A program made the translations under genes and the position numbers. Shown piece by piece: positions 25,070 to 33,498 of a stretch of DNA of 64,000 nucleotides. Below the pieces are notes generated by a model. The model saw only the letters and a program-made list of their open reading frames with translations. It did no database searches and was not told the origin of the DNA. The stretch's first letter is position 1; each line of letters opens with the position of its first letter. Source of the stretch: Paludibacteraceae bacterium. Lineage in GTDB: Bacteria; Bacteroidota; Bacteroidia; Bacteroidales; Paludibacteraceae. The stretch is from contig JBJECI010000024.1 of the NCBI GenBank assembly GCA_051870915.1, positions 1,423 through 65,422 of the forward strand, written 5' to 3'.

Positions 25070-25675
25070 ATGGTTTACCTATTGATATTTATTAGCGCTA
25101 TCCTTGTAAACAATGTAGTGCTGTCGCAGTTCTTGGGTATCTGCCCATTCTTGGGTGTTAGTAAGAAGATTGATACTGCGCTGGGTATGGGCGCTGCCGT
25201 TACCTTCGTCATGGCATTGGCAACCCTGCTGACCTACCTGCTGCAGATGTTGCTCAATCAATTCGGCTTGGGCTTCCTGCAAACCATTGTCTTCATCCTT
25301 GTGATTGCCGCATTGGTGCAGATGATTGAGATTGTGCTCAAGAAAATCAGCCCCGCGCTGTATCAGGCATTGGGTGTGTTCCTGCCCCTTATCACCACCA
25401 ACTGCTGTATCCTCGGTGTGGCTATCATCGTGGCAACGCCCGAGATGTTGGCAAACAAACTCCCCGGTGGTGCCGACCCGAGTCTCTGGACGGGTCTTTG
25501 GTATGCAGTATGCACCGCCCTCGGCTTCGCCCTCGCCTTGGTGCTGTTCGCAGGTATCCGCGAGCAGTTGTCGATGAACAAAGTGCCGAAAGCAATGGAA
25601 GGCACGCCTATCGCACTCCTCACCGCAGGTTTGCTCGCCATGGCATTCATGGGCTTCAGCGGAGTAGTCGGTTAG
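25070..25675 (+). CDS. rnfA: Rnf complex subunit A
   Basis: 201-aa polytopic ORF of the RnfA/NqrE family (NNVVLSQFLGICPFLGVS, GVFLPLITTNCCILGVA). Confidence 0.93.
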   Translation: MVYLLIFISAILVNNVVLSQFLGICPFLGVSKKIDTALGMGAAVTFVMALATLLTYLLQMLLNQFGLGFLQTIVFILVIAALVQMIEIVLKKISPALYQALGVFLPLITTNCCILGVAIIVATPEMLANKLPGGADPSLWTGLWYAVCTALGFALALVLFAGIREQLSMNKVPKAMEGTPIALLTAGLLAMAFMGFSGVVG

Positions 25676-25689
25676 ACTAAAGAACCATG

Positions 25690-25749
25690 AACAAAGAGCA
25701 AGGACTAAATGCACGCTACAAAACTATTTAGTCTTTGTTCTTTGTTTTT
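25690..25749 (+). terminator. Terminator at the end of the rnf operon, formed by an MB-variant repeat
   Basis: 21-bp stem AACAAAGAGCAAGGACTAAAT / ATTTAGTCTTTGTTCTTTGTT with 2 mismatches, followed by TTTTT. Confidence 0.7.
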
Positions 25750-25769
25750 AATAGTATCATACATAATTT

Positions 25770-26510
25770 ATGACTTTCCATCGTATCTTCGTTTTGCTGC
25801 TGGCGGGTGTATGCTCGTTGGCAGCCGCTCATGCCCAATGGCGGCTGGGCGTAACCGCGGGGGCTGACCTTAACTGCTACACGCAGGAGAACACCTACGC
25901 CTACGACCGCGTGCTCACCCCCGGCTGGGGCGGCACTATGGGTATCACCGCACAGTACAACTTCCTCGACTGGCTCGGCTTGCGGCTTGACTGGACCATG
26001 GCGCAGCGCAACTACACCTCCCGCTTCTATCTCCGCGAGTGGACAGACCTCAACGGAGATACACAGCACGAGCAGTACCGCTACACCAATACCTACCACC
26101 TCCTGCCGCTCACCCTCAACTTCTCTTTCGGCGGCGAACACGTGCGCGGCTATGCCGACATAGGCGGCTACGCAGGGCATTGGACTTCGGGCAAATACAC
26201 CGCACAGATGCAGGATGAGTACCACAGGCAATGGCTGGAAGACCTGCAAACATTAGGCTTTGACAACTATGTGGTAGAAGAGCCGTATGCTTTCGACAAG
26301 CGCCGCGACCGCCGTTTCGATGCCGGCCTCGTGGGACGCATCGGCATCACCTACACCACCCCCGTCCGCCTCTTCCTCGCCCTCGAAGGCGTCTGCTACT
26401 ACGGTCTGGTCAACAACCACCTCACCGGCTCCGACCACTACCAACAGCCCGGCTACCACACCACCGCCACCCTGCAAATCGCTATCGGATATGTCTTCCC
26501 GCAAAAATAA
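25770..26510 (+). CDS. Outer-membrane beta-barrel (porin-family) protein
   Basis: 246-aa ORF with signal peptide MTFHRIFVLLLAGVCSLAAAHA. Alternating aromatic/Gly-rich beta-strand pattern and a C-terminal aromatic strand (ATLQIAIGYVF). Confidence 0.65.
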   Translation: MTFHRIFVLLLAGVCSLAAAHAQWRLGVTAGADLNCYTQENTYAYDRVLTPGWGGTMGITAQYNFLDWLGLRLDWTMAQRNYTSRFYLREWTDLNGDTQHEQYRYTNTYHLLPLTLNFSFGGEHVRGYADIGGYAGHWTSGKYTAQMQDEYHRQWLEDLQTLGFDNYVVEEPYAFDKRRDRRFDAGLVGRIGITYTTPVRLFLALEGVCYYGLVNNHLTGSDHYQQPGYHTTATLQIAIGYVFPQK

Positions 26511-26522
26511 TACTTTACCACT

Positions 26523-27776
26523 ATGAAAAAAAATTACATTTACGTCCTTTTGGCACTCACGGCACTCCTCTCCGCCTGCCGCGACCACACATCGGAAATA
26601 TACAACCCCGGTAGTTTCTCTACGCAATACAAGTTCTCCGAGTCGTACGAGAAATTGTTCTACGGCTTATGGCAGGGCATAGACCCATCGTACATATTCT
26701 GGGATATTGATACCGTGGACTGGGATGCCCGCTGGGAGACCGTCCGCCCTATGGCTCAGCAGTTAGACCTCAAAGACAGCGTGTCCTATTGGGATGTTGA
26801 GGATGCTCTCCGCACTATGGCACATGGAATGATAGATTTTCACATGGCAATAGGCGTATGGAACAAGACCATCCAACATTATGTCTTTTATTCCCCCGGG
26901 AATGATGTGAACAATAGCCGCGCGGATTACCATCCTGCAACCGATTCGGAGACTATGCAAGAGACGCTCGAAATCATGGATAATCAAGACAAAATCCGCG
27001 TGAAGAATATGCATTATAGTTATCTTGACGGCACAGAGTATCTGTCCGCCATCATCAACGACAGCATTCCTTACCTGCGCTTCTCGAGTTTCAGCATCAC
27101 TACTGCGAAAGACCAATTCGGCGACACCACGGCACTACATGCATTCTTCAAGAACGCTAAGTCCTTACACCAACAAGGCAAACTCAAAGCCCTCATCATC
27201 GACTGTCGGGACAACGGTGGCGGAATCGTAGATGATGTGAACTATCTCTTCGGCTATTACATCTCCGAGGAAAAAGTCTTCAAGCGCCAGCGCAACAAGA
27301 CAGGGCTCGGGCATTACGACTTCGGCGCATGGCAGGAGTTTAGCGTTATCCCGCAAACCAACAACTCTTATTATTTAGGAGACCTTGGAGATATTCCCAT
27401 CGTTTATCTGCAAAACATGAATTCCGTCAGTATGTCGGAGGTGAGCGCGAATCTTGTTTCTTCGTTGCCGAATGGTGTAACCGTTGGCGAACGCACTTAT
27501 GGCGGCACAGGCTGCCTTATGTCCGGTTTGTACGATTACACGTGGACGGGTCCGTTCAATTACAATTTCGAGGGAATAGCGAACAAGGAGTTATACTTTG
27601 CCTACACCTGTACCTACCAAGTGGAGTTGCCTGCACCCGACGGTACTTTCCGCTCCTTGGAGGGCTACGGACACACGCCCGACATTGAGTGCCCCTTGGA
27701 TACAAAAGCATTCTTCGACGACGGCATTGACAACCAACTCCTCCGCGCACTTGATTATATCTACCAAGGTAAATAA
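26523..27776 (+). CDS. S41-family peptidase-like lipoprotein
   Basis: 417-aa ORF. Lipoprotein signal with lipobox (LTALLSAC). S41 motif region KALIIDCRDNGGGIVDD and NSVSMSEV. Confidence 0.72.
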   Translation: MKKNYIYVLLALTALLSACRDHTSEIYNPGSFSTQYKFSESYEKLFYGLWQGIDPSYIFWDIDTVDWDARWETVRPMAQQLDLKDSVSYWDVEDALRTMAHGMIDFHMAIGVWNKTIQHYVFYSPGNDVNNSRADYHPATDSETMQETLEIMDNQDKIRVKNMHYSYLDGTEYLSAIINDSIPYLRFSSFSITTAKDQFGDTTALHAFFKNAKSLHQQGKLKALIIDCRDNGGGIVDDVNYLFGYYISEEKVFKRQRNKTGLGHYDFGAWQEFSVIPQTNNSYYLGDLGDIPIVYLQNMNSVSMSEVSANLVSSLPNGVTVGERTYGGTGCLMSGLYDYTWTGPFNYNFEGIANKELYFAYTCTYQVELPAPDGTFRSLEGYGHTPDIECPLDTKAFFDDGIDNQLLRALDYIYQGK

Positions 27777-27819
27777 ATAAGGAATATACATTTGCAAGTT
27801 TTTATTTAATATATCGGCT

Positions 27820-28479
27820 ATGATGGAAAAGAAACGATTAGTAGCCCCGTCGGTGTTGTCCGCCGATTTTGGAAATCTTCGGAGCGAGATGGAGATGATC
27901 AACCGCAGCGAGGCAGATTGGCTGCATGTGGATGTGATGGACGGGGTCTTTGTACCCAACATCTCCTTTGGGTTCCCGCTGATGAAGCCGATGCGGGCGT
28001 ACTGCACCAAGCCGCTGGATGTGCACCTGATGATTGTGCATCCGGAGAAGTACGTGGAGCGCTTCTGCGATGCGGGGGCATGGAGTGTCGGATTTCACTT
28101 AGAGGCAGTGGACGACCCAATGCCCGCGCTGGAACTTATCCGCGCCAAAGGGGTGCGCACCTGCCTGACTATCAACCCCGATATTGACGTAAAACGCTTG
28201 CTGCCGTATTTAGACCAAGTGGATATGGTGTTGCTGATGTCGGTATATGCCGGCTTCGGCGGGCAGTCGTTCATCCCCGAGACGATGGATAAGATACGGT
28301 TCGTGCGCGAGGAGATAGACCGCCGCGGGCTGAAGACGCTGATAGAGGTGGACGGCGGAGTGAACACCAAGAACGCCGCCGCTATCTACGAGGCAGGCGC
28401 TGATGTGCTGGTAGCCGGTAGCGCGGTGTTCTGCGCCAAAGACCCCGAAAAAGCAGTGAGATTGATAAAAGGGATATAG
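27820..28479 (+). CDS. rpe: Ribulose-phosphate 3-epimerase
   Basis: 219-aa ORF with motifs PSVLSADFGNL, HVDVMDGVFVPN and IEVDGGV. Confidence 0.94.
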   Translation: MMEKKRLVAPSVLSADFGNLRSEMEMINRSEADWLHVDVMDGVFVPNISFGFPLMKPMRAYCTKPLDVHLMIVHPEKYVERFCDAGAWSVGFHLEAVDDPMPALELIRAKGVRTCLTINPDIDVKRLLPYLDQVDMVLLMSVYAGFGGQSFIPETMDKIRFVREEIDRRGLKTLIEVDGGVNTKNAAAIYEAGADVLVAGSAVFCAKDPEKAVRLIKGI

Positions 28480-28524
28480 CGGCTATAGCGGTTATAGTTG
28501 CTATAGTTACTATAGAGGCTATAG
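28474..28524. repeat. W repeat: CTATAG-type words between rpe and comEC
   Basis: ATATAGCGGCTATAGCGGTTATAGTTGCTATAGTTACTATAGAGGCTATAG. Confidence 0.9.
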
Positions 28525-28533
28525 AAAAGAACT

Positions 28534-29994
28534 ATGAAGAGTATGGCGCAGTATCCTATGCTGTATCTGCTGGTGCCTTTGGTGGCAGGGATATTGGTCT
28601 GCTACTGTACGGGAAAGCCTATTAACCTGCTGCAAGACACGGAGGCGGACTACTTAGATTCAACGCAAGTGTTTGTGGCGGTGGTGCGGGATTATCCTCG
28701 GGAATGCAAGCGGACCGTGCGCTGCGAGGCGGAGGTGCTGCATCGAAAAGATAGCATAGGATGGGTGTCGGCGCAAGGGAAAGTCTATCTTTATATGATG
28801 CCCGACAGCATAGACAAAAAGCGGAATAAAGAGGCACTGATGGGTTTGAGGATAGGCGACACGCTGACAGTTCGCACTTGTATTCGGCGCGGCGGGAAAT
28901 TAGGGGATTTTGACTATGGGATGTATCTGCGGCGGCAAGGAATTGTGGGGACGGGAATGGTTTGGAAGGGGAATTGGCGGTTGATATCCACTGCCAAAAG
29001 CAAAGGAAGTCCTCACACACTCGGTAGTATCGCGCGGAAAGTGCAGCGAAAGTTGTACAAACGATATGGAGAGTTGGGCATCACGGGGGCAGAGCAAGCC
29101 ACCTTGGGTGCCTTGACCTTAGGCTACAAAGAGGACTTAGACCCTGCTCTCAAGCAAGCCTTTCAGCGGTCGGGAGCCGCACATATATTAGCCGTAAGCG
29201 GCTTGCATACGGGGCTTATCTATGCGGTGTTGCTGAGCCTGCTGACGATAGGCGGACGCCGGAGACCGCTGTATGAAAACAAGATAGGGCGTCGAGCGTT
29301 GTCGCTGACGGTGATTATCACGATGTGGGGCTATGCCTTCCTAACGGGACTAACCCCGTCCGTAGTGCGCAGCGTGGTGATGATAAGTGTGGTGGAAGTA
29401 GGGCGGATGCTGTATCGGCAGGGGAATACGCTGAACTGTGTGCTGTTTGCCGCGTGGGCGATATTGTTGGTGCGCCCGTTGGATTTGTTCTCCGTGAGTT
29501 TTCAGTTGAGTTTTGCCGCGGTACTCGCCATTGTGTTGCTTGCGCCGAATCTCTCCTCCTTAGGAGGACTTCAGCGGGGCTGGCGAGGCGCGTTGCAAAA
29601 GGCAGGGAGTTATGTGATAGGACTGTTGGTGGTGTCGCTGGCAGCGCAGATAGGGACGTTGCCACTGAGCCTTTACTACTTCGGACAATGCTCCAATTAT
29701 TTTCTCTTTACCAACTTGCTGGTGTTGCCCTTGGCGGGCGTAATCGTGGTGATGGGCTTCGGCAGTCTGATGTTGGGCGGCATCCCCGTGGCGGGCTATT
29801 GGTTAGCGCAAGCCACTAAGGGCGTGGTATGGTTGCTGAATCACGCTGTGCAGTGGATAGAGTCGCTGCCCGGGGCTTATACGGAAAAATCCATATCCTT
29901 GCTTGCCGTGATAGGGCTGTATGCAGGAATCGCGGCAGGCTGCGTAGTCATACAATTAGCATTAAATAGCAAGAAACTGACTACTGACAACTAA
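28534..29994 (+). CDS. ComEC/Rec2-family competence membrane protein (no beta-lactamase domain)
   Basis: 486-aa polytopic ORF. Competence-domain motif FQRSGAAHILAVSGLHTG. Confidence 0.85.
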   Translation: MKSMAQYPMLYLLVPLVAGILVCYCTGKPINLLQDTEADYLDSTQVFVAVVRDYPRECKRTVRCEAEVLHRKDSIGWVSAQGKVYLYMMPDSIDKKRNKEALMGLRIGDTLTVRTCIRRGGKLGDFDYGMYLRRQGIVGTGMVWKGNWRLISTAKSKGSPHTLGSIARKVQRKLYKRYGELGITGAEQATLGALTLGYKEDLDPALKQAFQRSGAAHILAVSGLHTGLIYAVLLSLLTIGGRRRPLYENKIGRRALSLTVIITMWGYAFLTGLTPSVVRSVVMISVVEVGRMLYRQGNTLNCVLFAAWAILLVRPLDLFSVSFQLSFAAVLAIVLLAPNLSSLGGLQRGWRGALQKAGSYVIGLLVVSLAAQIGTLPLSLYYFGQCSNYFLFTNLLVLPLAGVIVVMGFGSLMLGGIPVAGYWLAQATKGVVWLLNHAVQWIESLPGAYTEKSISLLAVIGLYAGIAAGCVVIQLALNSKKLTTDN

Positions 29995-30037
29995 TTAGTC
30001 TTTTATCCTTCATCCTTTATCCTTCATCCTTCATCCT
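29995..30037. repeat. MB right arm filling the comEC-xseA gap
   Basis: TTAGTCTTTTATCCTTCATCCTTTATCCTTCATCCTTCATCC. Confidence 0.85.
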
Positions 30038-30038
30038 T

Positions 30039-31193
30039 ATGAAAACTTATTCGTTAGCAGAGTTTTGTGCTCAGATAAGCGATGCGTTAGACAGGTCTTT
30101 TCCAGAGACCTATTGGGTGCGTTGTGAGATAGCGTCGTTGTCGGAGAAGAACGGGCATCTGTATATGGACTTGGTGGAGAAAGGGCAACGCGGGTTGTTC
30201 GTGGCTCGTCAGCGCGCCACATGCTGGAACGGCAGGCAGCAGATGCTTCGTGCGTATTTCGAGCAGGAGACGGGTAACCGCTTGCAGGTGGGGATGCAGG
30301 TGCTATTAGAGGTAGAGGTGCGTTTTCATGCGGTGTATGGGCTGAGCCTTGATGTGCAGAATATCGACCCGCAGTACACCTTGGGCGATTTGGCTCGTCA
30401 GCGGCAAGAGACGATTGCCCGCCTACAAGAGGAGGGCATCTTCGATATGCAGCGTATGCTCTCGTTGCCTACGCTGACGCGGCGGCTGGCAGTGGTTTCA
30501 GCGGGCGATGCCGCAGGCTACGGCGACTTCGTCCACCAGTTGGAGGAGTCGGATTATCGTTTCTCGCCTACCCTCTTCCCTGCTGCCATGCAAGGCGACC
30601 GCGCGGCGCAGTCTATCGTGAGTGCATTAGATGCCATCGCAGCGGTTGAAGAAGAGTTTGACGCGGTGGTGATCATCCGCGGCGGCGGAGCCAGTTCGGA
30701 CTTGACATGCTTTGACGACTACACGCTGGCAGCCCACTGCGCGCAGTTCCCGCTACCTATCCTTGCCGGCATAGGGCACACGCGGGATGTGAGCATCGTG
30801 GATATGGTGGCTTATCAGTCGCTGAAGACGCCGACGGCGGTAGCGGCGTTCTTGGTGGAGCGTATGGATGAGCAGGCAGCGCGCATCGAGCAATGGCAGC
30901 AGCGGCTTCAGAAGACGGCACTGCGGCAAATACTTCTACGGCAACACCGCGTGGAGCAGGCGGAGCAACGACTGACGAACAGCCTGCGGATGATGGTGCT
31001 TAGGCAGAATAGCCGTATCGCGATGCTCGGGCAACGGATAGAGACCGTCAATCCCGAGCGTATCTATCGACTAGGCTACAGCCTGCTGCGCAAAGAGGGG
31101 AACGTGGTGAAAAGTGCCCACGGACTTCAAAGCGGCGACCTGCTCACCGCCGAGTTGACAGACGGTACCATAACAGTAACCGTAACGGAATAA
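30039..31193 (+). CDS. xseA: Exodeoxyribonuclease VII large subunit
   Basis: 384-aa ORF. N-terminal OB fold (YWVRCEIASLSEKNGHLYMDLVE) and catalytic region with IIRGGGASSDL. Confidence 0.92.
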   Translation: MKTYSLAEFCAQISDALDRSFPETYWVRCEIASLSEKNGHLYMDLVEKGQRGLFVARQRATCWNGRQQMLRAYFEQETGNRLQVGMQVLLEVEVRFHAVYGLSLDVQNIDPQYTLGDLARQRQETIARLQEEGIFDMQRMLSLPTLTRRLAVVSAGDAAGYGDFVHQLEESDYRFSPTLFPAAMQGDRAAQSIVSALDAIAAVEEEFDAVVIIRGGGASSDLTCFDDYTLAAHCAQFPLPILAGIGHTRDVSIVDMVAYQSLKTPTAVAAFLVERMDEQAARIEQWQQRLQKTALRQILLRQHRVEQAEQRLTNSLRMMVLRQNSRIAMLGQRIETVNPERIYRLGYSLLRKEGNVVKSAHGLQSGDLLTAELTDGTITVTVTE

Positions 31194-31204
31194 ACAAGGC
31201 ATTT

Positions 31205-31232
31205 TCGTCTTTCATCCTTTATCCTTAATCCT
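31205..31232. repeat. MB right arm after xseA
   Basis: TCGTCTTTCATCCTTTATCCTTAATCC. Confidence 0.8.
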
Positions 31233-31237
31233 AATTT

Positions 31238-32104
31238 ATGCAGTTTTTGACGCGACAACAGGGAATTGGTATATTGGCGTTGGTGATATTGGTTGCCGCG
31301 CTGGAGTTGGTGGTACATTGGTTGCCATCCCGTCCTTCGGCGGTGAATGAAGGTATGCTTCGTGCAGCCGAGGACTCGCTCAAGCAGACGCATCCTTACT
31401 ACCGCTACCAACACGACACGGTGGCTATTCACCTCTGCTTGTTCGATCCCAACACTGCAGATTCGGCGACCTTGGTTGGACTGGGACTTGCCCCGTGGCA
31501 GGCACGCAACATGCTGCGCTATCGCGCGAAAGGCGGGGTCTATCGGCGGGCAGATGACTTGCGGAAGTTATACGGCATGACGGATAGTATGTATGCCACG
31601 CTGATGCCGTATATTCAAATCGACTCCTCGCGTTTTGCCGTAGCCTCCGACAGCCTGCCTGCGTTTGTCGCAAGACAAACAAAGCGCGACACGGTGGTGG
31701 AACTCAACAGTGCGGACTCCGCATCGCTGCAAGCCATTCGCGGGATAGGGGCAGCCACCGCGCGGGTTATCATACGCTATAGAGAGGAGTTGGGCGGATA
31801 TGTAGATACCGCGCAACTGAGGGAGATAAACGACTACTATAACTATGTGTATTGGGATATTCCTTGGGACAGCATCCTGCCACATGTGCGCGTATGCACG
31901 GACTCGGTGCGGTTGCTGCGGGTGAACAGCCTGTCGGTGCGGCGACTGGCAGCACATCCCTACCTGCGTTTTGAGGATGCGAAAGCCATCTACACGCTGC
32001 GCCGCAACCGCTTTACGCTGGATAGCATCGGCGACCTCAAAGCCATCCCCACCCTACCCGACTCGGTGATAGAGAAGATAGCGCCGTATCTATCGTTTGA
32101 ATAG
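31238..32104 (+). CDS. Helix-hairpin-helix domain protein (ComEA-like DNA binding)
   Basis: 288-aa ORF with N-terminal TM helix. Repeated HhH units (NTADSATLVGLGLAPWQARNMLRYR; NSADSASLQAIRGIGAATARVIIRYR). Confidence 0.75.
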   Translation: MQFLTRQQGIGILALVILVAALELVVHWLPSRPSAVNEGMLRAAEDSLKQTHPYYRYQHDTVAIHLCLFDPNTADSATLVGLGLAPWQARNMLRYRAKGGVYRRADDLRKLYGMTDSMYATLMPYIQIDSSRFAVASDSLPAFVARQTKRDTVVELNSADSASLQAIRGIGAATARVIIRYREELGGYVDTAQLREINDYYNYVYWDIPWDSILPHVRVCTDSVRLLRVNSLSVRRLAAHPYLRFEDAKAIYTLRRNRFTLDSIGDLKAIPTLPDSVIEKIAPYLSFE

Positions 32105-32252
32105 GACGAAGGATAAAGGATGAAGGATGAAAGACTTGATAGTTTCGACTCTGAGAACTCATAGACGAAAGATATAAGTCTTTTATCCTTTGTCTTTCCC
32201 GATGAATCGGGATGCAAGCCTTAGTGAAACGCAGTGAGCGGTCTTTCATCCT
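32105..32252. repeat. MB element with a nested CCCGATGAATCGGG hairpin
   Basis: GACGAAGGATAAAGGATGAAGGATGAAAGACTTGATAGTTTCGACTCTGAGAACTCATAGACGAAAGATATAAGTCTTTTATCC...GGTCTTTCATCC. Confidence 0.88.
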
Positions 32253-33185
32253 TTATGCGCAGTAGTAGAGGATGTAGGAGGCGAGGAGAAGGAGGATGTA
32301 GAGAAGGAAGGTGATGCCGCGGGCGAGGGATTGGTTTTGGCGGAAGAAGAAGACCGCGGTCGCCGTGGGGAGGAAGAAGAGGTAGAGGAGCATCAGCAAG
32401 GACTGTTGCCCCGAACTATCTCGGTCGATGCGCACTGTGGCGACAATACAGAGCACGTAATGGAAGACCACGAAGGCAGCATACAGCACCGCCAAAGCGA
32501 TGGCGATAGGGTGTGAAGCGGCGGGGGCGAGGGAAGTAGCGGGAGAGGAGAGCGTAGAGAGGGAGGTTGTTGCGGGAAGCCCGATAAGCGTCTGCCAATC
32601 GGGGAGAGAGCAAAGATGCGCATAGGGACATGATATGCCGCCCACATATATCGCCAAGGCGAGGTATAGGAGGAAGAGCGCGATAGCGATAAGCGAAGCA
32701 AGCATCGTGCGCAGGTGCATGGCTTTGAGCAAGACATACGCCAGCCAAACAAGGGGGACCATCACGATGGCGACAGGCTCGAAGAGGGAGGCGATGAGGG
32801 CAAACGCGGTGGCGAGGAAGCAGTCGTGGGCGGTATCATCCTCCCGATAGGCTCTGTGGAGAATCTGCACGAGAATCATCGTGAGCACCACAGCGGCTTG
32901 CAGTTGCCAGCGCGTGTGGATAGCAGGGAAGGCAGTGGTGGTGATGAGATAGAGAAAGACGGGCAGTAAATCGCGATAGCGCACCACGCCTGTAGCACGT
33001 GTCAGGAAGAAGACGGTGTAGGCATTGACGAGCATGAGCGCGAAGGTGAAGTAGAGCGGGAAGACAGTAGCGAACGAAGAGTAGTCGCAAGCAACGAAGT
33101 CTGGTATCCATCCGCATAAGACCACCACCGATAGCGCAATGGCTATCGGAAGAGGGATGCGGGATATGGAATTAACAATTAACAA
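32253..33185 (-). CDS. Polytopic integral membrane protein of unknown function (start uncertain)
   Basis: 310-aa ORF with about 8 hydrophobic helices. The only start at the 5' end is TTG, inside a TTAACAA word repeat, so the true start may be downstream. No motif recognised. Confidence 0.55.
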   Translation of the reverse strand: MLIVNSISRIPLPIAIALSVVVLCGWIPDFVACDYSSFATVFPLYFTFALMLVNAYTVFFLTRATGVVRYRDLLPVFLYLITTTAFPAIHTRWQLQAAVVLTMILVQILHRAYREDDTAHDCFLATAFALIASLFEPVAIVMVPLVWLAYVLLKAMHLRTMLASLIAIALFLLYLALAIYVGGISCPYAHLCSLPDWQTLIGLPATTSLSTLSSPATSLAPAASHPIAIALAVLYAAFVVFHYVLCIVATVRIDRDSSGQQSLLMLLYLFFLPTATAVFFFRQNQSLARGITFLLYILLLLASYILYYCA

Positions 33186-33480
33186 TTAACAATTAACATG
33201 CGTTGCGGGACGTTTTAACATATAATTATCATATAATTAACCATTAATTCGCGTTGAAAAATTAAGCAATGATACACATGTTGACCCAACGATTCAAAAT
33301 TGAGTTATGTCGCCCTTACAGGGCTTGCATTGTGGATGCCACTTTCCACGTAGGGACAAGTCCCTACGCTATTATATGTCGCCCCTTCGGGGCTATCGTT
33401 TGATAAATATTTTGGGTCAACTCGTATATCATTACCAAAAATTATATGAATAATTACACGATAATTACATGTTAAACAAT
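33172..33480. repeat. W repeats (TTAACAA; TAATTAT words) plus GTCGCCCCTTCGGGGC-type hairpins
   Basis: TTAACAATTAACAATTAACAATTAACA at 33172-33197. ACATATAATTATCATATAATTAACCATTAATT. Hairpin modules at 33307-33392. ATGAATAATTACACGATAATTACATGTTAA. Confidence 0.85.
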
Positions 33481-33498
33481 CTCTCTTGATGAATGACT

